IMG/VR virus record: IMGVR_UViG_3300031841_004047
Strand: one strand, 5' to 3'
Source of the DNA: a virus
Length of the DNA: 64,000 nt
Shown here: one piece after another, positions 57,837 to 64,000 of the stretch
How positions within the stretch are numbered: position 1 is the first letter of the stretch
Layout: each line of letters begins with the position of its first letter
Notes under the pieces: generated by a model
The model's database searches: none
Told to the model about the DNA's origin: nothing
What the model saw: the letters and a program-made list of their open reading frames with translations, nothing else
Position numbers and translations under genes: made by a program

Positions 57837-58799
57837 ATGGAACTTGTAACTCTCTGGATGGCAGTCGGATTCTTATTCGCTGCCTATTCAGTTATTGCCA
57901 ACGATTCTGTACAGACTCTCGGTACTTGGATCGCATCAAACAATGAGAGATTTAATTGGAAAGTTATGTGGGGAGCAGCAAGTGCAGTACTGCTCTACAC
58001 CTTATGGTACGGTTGGTACATGAACGGAGGCGACATTAGTTACGGTCGTCTAAATAAGATTCCGTTTCAAGAAATCCAATGGTACCATGCAGCTGCACCA
58101 GGTTTGCTTTTAATACTAACAAGAATAGGCGTACCGGTAAGTACGTCTTTTTTAGTTTTATCTGCTTTCGCTTCAACGTTCGTTCTTGAAAAAATGCTTA
58201 TGAAATCTATGATGGGGTATGCTGTTGCAGCAGTAGCGGCATATGCTATATGGATTATAGTTAGTAGGATATTAGATGAAGCAAAACCAGTAAAAGAAGA
58301 ACATAAGAAATTATGGCGAATAGGCCAATGGGTAACTACTGGATTTCTTTGGTTCACTTGGTTAAGCCACGATATGGCTAATATTGCCGTTTTTCTTCCA
58401 AGACAGATACCGATTGATTTAATGATTGTTGTCAGTTCAGTATTTGTTTTTGGTCTCTGGTATATGTTTCGAGAAGGTGGAGGTAAGATCCAAAGAATTG
58501 TTCTTGAAAAACATAATACACGTTATGTCAGATCGGCCACAATTATTGATCTGGTGTATTGGCTTATTTTATTTTTCTTTAAAGAACTAAACGATATTCC
58601 AATGTCGACAACTTGGGTATTTGTTGGTTTACTATGTGGTAGAGAATTAGCAATGGCAACCGTCACGGGTAAAGAAAAATTTAAAGTCGTTTTTCCTTTA
58701 ATAGGAAAGGACTTTCTAAAAATGATGGTAGGACTTGCGGCTTCAGTCGGCGTGGTGCTTGCTATACATTACATAATAGTACCTAATGGTCTTCACTAA
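57837..58799 (+). CDS. Multi-pass membrane transporter, PiT (inorganic phosphate transporter)-like
   Basis: AGGAGA SD before ATG 57837. Two internal repeats ANDSVQTLGT/PVSTSF and HDMANIA/PMSTTWVFVG resemble the PiT GANDxAN and PVSTTH motifs. Confidence 0.7.
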   Translation: MELVTLWMAVGFLFAAYSVIANDSVQTLGTWIASNNERFNWKVMWGAASAVLLYTLWYGWYMNGGDISYGRLNKIPFQEIQWYHAAAPGLLLILTRIGVPVSTSFLVLSAFASTFVLEKMLMKSMMGYAVAAVAAYAIWIIVSRILDEAKPVKEEHKKLWRIGQWVTTGFLWFTWLSHDMANIAVFLPRQIPIDLMIVVSSVFVFGLWYMFREGGGKIQRIVLEKHNTRYVRSATIIDLVYWLILFFFKELNDIPMSTTWVFVGLLCGRELAMATVTGKEKFKVVFPLIGKDFLKMMVGLAASVGVVLAIHYIIVPNGLH

Positions 58800-58800
58800 A

Positions 58801-58830
58801 AAAGGGGAGCTTCGGCTCCCCTTTCTTTTC
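58801..58830. terminator. Bidirectional intrinsic terminator
   Basis: AAAGGGGAGC-TTCG-GCTCCCCTTT hairpin between convergent genes, with A/T tracts on both sides. Confidence 0.9.
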
Positions 58831-58850
58831 CCTTAATTTTCACTGGCTAA

Positions 58851-59084
58851 TTATTTTTTATTCCAAATATGCCAGAGTACTGCTAATGCAACTAGACCGA
58901 CCAGTCCTTGATCACTAAAGTTTGATAGTAGTCCTAGGATGTTTCCCGTTACATTTACGTCTGGCCAGAACGGAATGTTCATTCCGTTGAATAAAATTTC
59001 TAGTACAATCCCCAGACCAATTAAACTTACGCCTGCAGATGCTAGCGCGCTGGCCCATCCCTTGATTGAATTTAGTACTTCCAT
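58851..59084 (-). CDS. Small membrane protein
   Basis: Two hydrophobic segments. A GGGAGAG SD lies on the minus strand. Confidence 0.75.
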   Translation of the reverse strand: MEVLNSIKGWASALASAGVSLIGLGIVLEILFNGMNIPFWPDVNVTGNILGLLSNFSDQGLVGLVALAVLWHIWNKK

Positions 59085-59256
59085 TTTTTTCTCTCCCTTA
59101 ATTGTTTTGAGAATTTTTGACTGTATAAGTTATTGTACTTTATACCTTGTCATGGTTTTATTTATCATTAATTTAAATTTAAGAATTTTAAACTGTGACA
59201 AAAATATTACACATTATCTTAAAATACAAAAAAAATGCATTTCCGTGCATTTAACT

Positions 59257-59286
59257 GTTTACTTTTCATGAGAACTATGGTAGATT
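59257..59286 (+). promoter_or_regulatory. T4-type early promoter
   Basis: GTTTACT, a 17-nt spacer, then TAGATT with a TG extension. Confidence 0.78.
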
Positions 59287-59313
59287 GATATCATGATAAG
59301 GAAAGGAAACAAA

Positions 59314-59628
59314 ATGAAAATCATCGTAAAGCACATGGATCGCAACGAAATCACCGGCGACGTGGAAGGTTTCACACCTGTAGCGGAAGTTAATGCCCCT
59401 TGGTTTGCGAGTGATATTGAAAAAGCACTCGAGTATGCATTCCGTTGGACCAACAACTTAATGGGTAGCTGGTCTAAAAAAATTGGTGAAGACGCTAACG
59501 ATGATGTCACTGTACTTGTTGAGCGTGAAGATGGTTTAGGTCTTCGTTCTACTTCAATGGGCGATCGTATGGAAGTCGATGGAGTTGAGTATAGAGTTGC
59601 AATGGTAGGTTTTAAGGAGGTAGTGTAA
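59314..59628 (+). CDS. Hypothetical early protein
   Basis: AAGGAAAGGA SD before ATG 59314. Contains RSTSMGD. Confidence 0.72.
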   Translation: MKIIVKHMDRNEITGDVEGFTPVAEVNAPWFASDIEKALEYAFRWTNNLMGSWSKKIGEDANDDVTVLVEREDGLGLRSTSMGDRMEVDGVEYRVAMVGFKEVV

Positions 59629-60026
59629 TGTATACTTACTCTGACGATATCATCTCTGATCTCCACAAAGACGTTCGTGGCTATCGCCCTACTGCTTCTT
59701 GGTGGCAGATGTGGAATGCTCTTGGTAAAGCTGAGAAGCAAAACGTTTGGGATGCTCTTTGCAATGAGCTTGAAACAAAAATCGAGCATGAAAAAATTGC
59801 TGAAGAAAAAGCTGTAGCTGAGTTCAAAGAACGGATTGAACAAGCTCAAGTTTGGGGAGCCAGAGATTACTTTGATGCTCTTCGCTGGATCACTGGCTGT
59901 GAGACTTTTTATCACGTTCAAGACATTGAACATTTCGTATGGGAACAGGGTATCTTATTCACCGACTTTGGTAAGCAACTTATCAAAGACATAGCAAAAG
60001 TGACTGAATATAAGGAGTACGCATGA
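59628..60026 (+). CDS. Hypothetical early protein
   Basis: MYTYSDDIISDLHKDVRGYRP. TAATG coupling with the upstream gene. Confidence 0.75.
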   Translation: MYTYSDDIISDLHKDVRGYRPTASWWQMWNALGKAEKQNVWDALCNELETKIEHEKIAEEKAVAEFKERIEQAQVWGARDYFDALRWITGCETFYHVQDIEHFVWEQGILFTDFGKQLIKDIAKVTEYKEYA

Positions 60027-60196
60027 AACCAGATAATTATGCAATCAGATCATATGTAAAAGGAGATGATGAAAATCAATTGGTACTTGTAGAAGTAGCT
60101 AGTGGATTTACCTATGAACAGGCTAAATCATATGCTTCTAATCTAAATGAGTCTAAGACTCTTGCTTATGTAAGAATTCAAAAACTGGAGGAATAA
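60023..60196 (+). CDS. 57-aa hypothetical early protein missing from the ORF track
   Basis: TAAGGAG SD and an ATGA overlap. Its stop abuts the ATG at 60197. Confidence 0.62.
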   Translation: MKPDNYAIRSYVKGDDENQLVLVEVASGFTYEQAKSYASNLNESKTLAYVRIQKLEE

Positions 60197-60457
60197 ATGG
60201 GTATTTGCATTGATAACACTAGAACTGACGCTTATGTCGGGACTTTCTATAAATCTGATAAAGAAGATATGAAGCAATTAGAAACTGTTCGCTCTATAGT
60301 TTCTAGAATAAATAAAGATCTACGTACAAGTGGCTTCAATTATCAATTCTATGTTAAATGTCAAGGACGCGGGCATCGTCTTGGTGTTCACCGCTATAAT
60401 CAATCCTTGCCTCTTTCTTTCGCAGATAAGATGGATGCATATATCTATCGTAGATAA
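60197..60457 (+). CDS. Hypothetical early protein
   Basis: GGAGGA SD and an 86-aa ORF. Confidence 0.68.
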   Translation: MGICIDNTRTDAYVGTFYKSDKEDMKQLETVRSIVSRINKDLRTSGFNYQFYVKCQGRGHRLGVHRYNQSLPLSFADKMDAYIYRR

Positions 60458-60483
60458 TAAATTTCCTTTCATATCCCCGACTT

Positions 60484-60508
60484 GGAGCCGATTGGCTCCT
60501 TTCTTTTT
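60484..60508 (+). terminator. Intrinsic terminator of the early operon
   Basis: GGAGCC-GATT-GGCTCC followed by TTTCTTTTT. Confidence 0.82.
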
Positions 60509-60509
60509 A

Positions 60510-60517
60510 TATAAATA
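60510..60517 (+). promoter_or_regulatory. T4-type late promoter
   Basis: TATAAATA directly after the terminator. Confidence 0.82.
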
Positions 60518-60542
60518 GATAAAAATCTTGTAGGAAAGTCAA

Positions 60543-61946
60543 ATGAAAAAATTTAGACATTTTATTTTGGAGGAAGCAATGATTTTCAGCAAAATGAGTC
60601 GCAATGAGTGGGAGAAGGTAAAAGCAAGATCTAACGATTTGCGTACTGATATCCTTAAAGATGCGATTAAAGCTGGTGATCCTGTTTCTGACATAAATGG
60701 AAATGACTTAAATATTGCCAATAGTTCTGACAACATGAGTGCTATCGATGACTTTCTAAAGGGTGATGCAGCTTTTTTCGAATTAAAACTCACCAATGGC
60801 AAAAAGATAAAATCAAATGACATAGGTAAATCTCCTTTATTCGGTGGAATGGGTAAAGGAGCTGGTATGACTGGACAGACAGCAGAAGCTGAATCTTTAC
60901 AATGTATATACCTTGCAGCAATTATTGGTGAAGGATCTAAAAACGCTTTCTCACATTTTACATTTGATAAGTTAAGTGAATATAAAAATAAAGTCGATGT
61001 AGATGTTGACTTCGACAAGTACATGGCATTAGACTCTTCTTGGCATGAATCAGCTTATGTCACTGCTCTAGCTTTGATTAAAAACAAATATGTTGGCAAA
61101 AATCATGTCTTTCATAGAGGTTCTAAAACTATGAATGCAATTTATGCAAAAAAGACTCAGGCTTTAAAAAATCAAGGCATGCCACCTATGCAAAATGATA
61201 AATGGAATCCTGGAGATATTTGGGCTGTAAAAAAAGGTGTTGATGTTAATAAAGCTATTGACTCTACGACAATTGCATCTTGTAATGCTTCAATACTTAA
61301 GAATTTTTTAAGCACTGATATAGTTGGTATATCGCTTAAGAAAATAAAAGGATTGGATAAAAAATCAAAAGTTTCAGAATATAATATAGAGGAAACTATT
61401 TTAGATACTCACACATTTAAATCAATAACTTTAGAAACAGCAAAAGGTAAAGGTATATTCTCATCTAAATATGGATTTCTTTATTTTGATAATGGTGGTA
61501 AAATGGATATTAGAGCTCCAAATTTATTTTCTGCTATTAACTTTGAGATTCAAGGGAAGGGTGCTAGAGGTGGTAGAACAGGATATACGCAAATAATGTA
61601 TTCATCAAAAACACATCTTAAAAAGACTTTACCTTCTAACATAGAACTTAAAACAGAAGCGAATGAACTAGCTAAATCTAACAGGTCAAAAGTAAAAGTT
61701 AATAATTTTTGGAAAATGGTAAAGAAGATTCATCCATCGATGAATGAAGGACAATTTATAGAAGGTCTAGAATCCAAGAAAGGACAAGGGCACTTTATTC
61801 ATGCAATCCTTGGCGCCACATACATAGCATACGCGATATTAACTTCAACTAAAGCTCAGCAAGATGATTTTGTAAGTGAAATAGTAAATGTCGCAGGAGC
61901 TAAAACAAACGATTCTTCGGCTTATGTAAAAGTAGAGGAAGGTTGA
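60543..61946 (+). CDS. Putative capsid-packaged protein, possibly PD-(D/E)xK nuclease-like
   Basis: CTS-like N-terminus MKKFRHFILEE, then AES, DKWNPGDIW and IVGISLKK. Confidence 0.55.
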   Translation: MKKFRHFILEEAMIFSKMSRNEWEKVKARSNDLRTDILKDAIKAGDPVSDINGNDLNIANSSDNMSAIDDFLKGDAAFFELKLTNGKKIKSNDIGKSPLFGGMGKGAGMTGQTAEAESLQCIYLAAIIGEGSKNAFSHFTFDKLSEYKNKVDVDVDFDKYMALDSSWHESAYVTALALIKNKYVGKNHVFHRGSKTMNAIYAKKTQALKNQGMPPMQNDKWNPGDIWAVKKGVDVNKAIDSTTIASCNASILKNFLSTDIVGISLKKIKGLDKKSKVSEYNIEETILDTHTFKSITLETAKGKGIFSSKYGFLYFDNGGKMDIRAPNLFSAINFEIQGKGARGGRTGYTQIMYSSKTHLKKTLPSNIELKTEANELAKSNRSKVKVNNFWKMVKKIHPSMNEGQFIEGLESKKGQGHFIHAILGATYIAYAILTSTKAQQDDFVSEIVNVAGAKTNDSSAYVKVEEG

Positions 61947-62239
61947 TGATAAAATTTAAAGACTATATATCAGAAGGTGTAAAACTTAAGTTAATCCGTG
62001 GTAGAAACATGGACGTTCTAAAGATGTGGAACAAAGGTGACAGTAAATGGGTTGAACTTAGAGGTAAGCCTGGGTTTGAAACAAGGTACGATCCAAAAGA
62101 TCCCTTGCATAAAGCGATCACTGCATTAGGTAAATCGGCTAATATATCAGATTTTATGAACGGTAACGAGGTAAGCATAAATCCAAAACATCCTGATGGA
62201 AAGAAAGCTTTAGAAACAATAAAAAGGTTAATGAAATGA
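61946..62239 (+). CDS. Small basic putative internal head protein
   Basis: MIKFKDYISE N-terminus. ATG overlaps the upstream TGA. Confidence 0.62.
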   Translation: MIKFKDYISEGVKLKLIRGRNMDVLKMWNKGDSKWVELRGKPGFETRYDPKDPLHKAITALGKSANISDFMNGNEVSINPKHPDGKKALETIKRLMK

Positions 62240-63771
62240 CGCAATTTAGTGTAAGCAGACAAAGACATTTTGGAATTAATAATACAGATATTCATGAAGT
62301 GATGATGCTTTCTGATCGGTATGGTAATATCCATTCTTTAGGCGCATCAGCAACTTCAGCGTTTGGTGAGCCAGTATCTGTTCCTATCACACCGGTTATA
62401 CAACTTGATAGTCTATATGGATTTGACCCAAGAGAATTTCAATTATTTTCATTTGGTACAGGTTCAAATGAAGCTACTGGGACACTGTTTAAATGTCACA
62501 CGGGCACTGGAGCATTTGGATACGGAGTTATTCGTTCGAATAGAATCCTTCGTTATCGTCCTGGGCAAGGAGCAATGTGCAGGTTTACTGCAGCATACGA
62601 AAATCCTCAAGAAAATGTTACGATTCGTGCTGGGTTCTTTGCTCAAGAGCAAGCCTTAAATATTGGTTATGATGGAACAAAGTTTGGTGTACTCCGGCAA
62701 AACGGAGGTAAAGCTCATATTCATGTATTTACTGTTACAACTGGTGGAACTGGTACTGTTAATATTACACTTAATGATGTTACAACAAATGTTTCAATTG
62801 CTTCTGCAGATACCACAGAAGTTGCAAAAACAATTGCTGGAGAATCTTTTGCTGGGTGGACAGTAGAACAATGTGATAACAAAGTATTCTTCTTGTCAAA
62901 TTCAGTTGGTCCTCTTTCAGGTGCATTTACTTATGGTGGTACTGGCACCGCTACATCCGAAGTGGCGCAAACAGGTGTTGCTCATACAAATAACTGGACA
63001 TACCAAGAAGATTTTAATCTCGATAAACTGGACGGTGAAGGCCCGAGCAGGGTCTTGATTGATCCGTCCAAATTAAATATTTTTCAGATAAGTTTTAGGT
63101 GGTTAGGAGCTGGAGAGGTTAGATATGCTATAGAAGATCCTCAAACTGGCGACCTCATCTTTTTTCATCATGAACACTATAGTAATCGAAACACTGATGT
63201 GCACTTGGATAATCCATCGTTCAGACTTGGTTATATTGCAGCCAATCTAAGTGCTAGTACATTGCCTCTGGATTCTCATGTAACTGGAGCTTCGATGATG
63301 GCCTCGATTGAAGGAGTTACATTAGATACTGCATATACTAGTGCTGCTGGAACATCTAAAACCTCTCTAGCTAATAATACTTCACACGATCTTATTACTC
63401 TTAAAAATTCAATAATACATCGGGATAAGATTAATCTGAAAAATGTGAAATTAAAAACATTAAATATTGCTGCTCAAGGAAATGATCCTATTCAAGTCTA
63501 TTTGGTTTTAAACGCCACTAAAAGCGTAACAAATACATACAATTTAGTAGCAGAATATAGTAGTGTGCTTCAAGACGTATCACCAGGAACCTACACACTT
63601 GCTAATGAACATGTTGCATCACAGTTTGTTATTGCAGCAGGTGGTGCATCTCAAATAGACTTAGATAAATTAGAAGTGGTTATACCGCCTGGAAGTACCA
63701 TAAGTGTTATTTGCTCTTCAAGTCAGTCTATACAAAGTATTGCAACTTCTATAACATGGATAGAGGTATAA
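62236..63771 (+). CDS. Hypothetical beta-rich virion structural protein
   Basis: 511-aa ORF in the late operon containing SAFGE, RYRPGQG, LDGEGPS and WLGAGEVR. Confidence 0.65.
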   Translation: MTQFSVSRQRHFGINNTDIHEVMMLSDRYGNIHSLGASATSAFGEPVSVPITPVIQLDSLYGFDPREFQLFSFGTGSNEATGTLFKCHTGTGAFGYGVIRSNRILRYRPGQGAMCRFTAAYENPQENVTIRAGFFAQEQALNIGYDGTKFGVLRQNGGKAHIHVFTVTTGGTGTVNITLNDVTTNVSIASADTTEVAKTIAGESFAGWTVEQCDNKVFFLSNSVGPLSGAFTYGGTGTATSEVAQTGVAHTNNWTYQEDFNLDKLDGEGPSRVLIDPSKLNIFQISFRWLGAGEVRYAIEDPQTGDLIFFHHEHYSNRNTDVHLDNPSFRLGYIAANLSASTLPLDSHVTGASMMASIEGVTLDTAYTSAAGTSKTSLANNTSHDLITLKNSIIHRDKINLKNVKLKTLNIAAQGNDPIQVYLVLNATKSVTNTYNLVAEYSSVLQDVSPGTYTLANEHVASQFVIAAGGASQIDLDKLEVVIPPGSTISVICSSSQSIQSIATSITWIEV

Positions 63772-63801
63772 GGCACCAAAAAGGATTAAAGGACTTATGA
63801 A

Positions 63802-63999
63802 ATGAAAAGCTTTAAGCAAACTATATCAGAACAAAAAAACACACATATGACTCATATTGAAGATAGAGTTCTTTATGGTGGTGTAAAAGGAACAAGAGAA
63901 GCAATCTTTGCTCTTAGAGATTTAAGAGATATGCTTGGTGGTACTAAGGAAGGAAATGTAAGTGTTAAATGGGATGGTGCTCCTGCTGTTTTCGCTGGT
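63802..63999 (+). CDS. DUF6267-like protein with a KxDG nucleotidyltransferase-like motif; 3'-truncated, missing from the ORF track
   Basis: MKSFKQTISEQKNTHMTHIED...SVKWDGAPAVFAG, open to the window end. Confidence 0.75.
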   Translation, partial: MKSFKQTISEQKNTHMTHIEDRVLYGGVKGTREAIFALRDLRDMLGGTKEGNVSVKWDGAPAVFAG

Positions 64000-64000
64000 A

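Noticed and set aside
54907-58799. Host chromosomal contamination as the source of GAPDH and the transporter
   Set aside because: They are translationally coupled to, or flanked by, phage-type ORFs and T4-type promoters, with similar AT-rich composition. Read-level confirmation is still advisable.
59259-59933. 224-aa minus-strand ORF
   Set aside because: It is an antisense shadow of two + strand genes that have SD sites and an early promoter.
60539-62334. Minus-strand ORFs 60539..61024 and 61963..62334
   Set aside because: They are shadows of the late + strand operon.
1-64000. tRNA, rRNA, integrase, transposase or intron/homing endonuclease
   Set aside because: I recognised no cloverleaf or T-loop motifs in the short intergenic gaps and no such catalytic motifs in the ORFs. 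A tRNA scan was not possible.

Overview
This AT-rich, almost entirely + strand window looks like part of a large T4-like (myovirus) phage genome, probably marine. T4-type late promoters (TATAAATA) precede the structural genes and GTTTAC-N17 early promoters sit in the accessory island. Positions 1-53.7 kb form a very large late virion and adsorption module. It contains a 5'-truncated VrlC-like structural protein, two tail fibre plus gp38-like glycine-rich adhesin pairs, small fibre modules and a chaperone, and a 2OG-Fe(II) oxygenase. It also holds a 1015-aa and a 3803-aa structural/adhesin protein, an 821-aa fibre, five paralogous triple-LamG proteins with one glycine-rich sibling, a 1201-aa beta-propeller protein, putative internal head proteins and an overlapping spanin pair. 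Positions 54.5-60.5 kb are an early/accessory island with a phage-borne GAPDH (NADP-type signature), a DUF932-like protein, a PiT-like transporter and small ORFs. Late genes resume after 60.5 kb. I saw no tRNA, rRNA, CRISPR array, integrase or reverse transcriptase. The most interesting signals are (1) the mosaic LamG cassette array with constant DNA linkers, (2) pervasive Asp-Ser (DSA/DSD/DSS) motifs in virion proteins, (3) the GapB-like GAPDH and (4) T4-style capsid-targeting N-termini on enzyme-like proteins. Family assignments come from motif recognition and recall, not from database searches.
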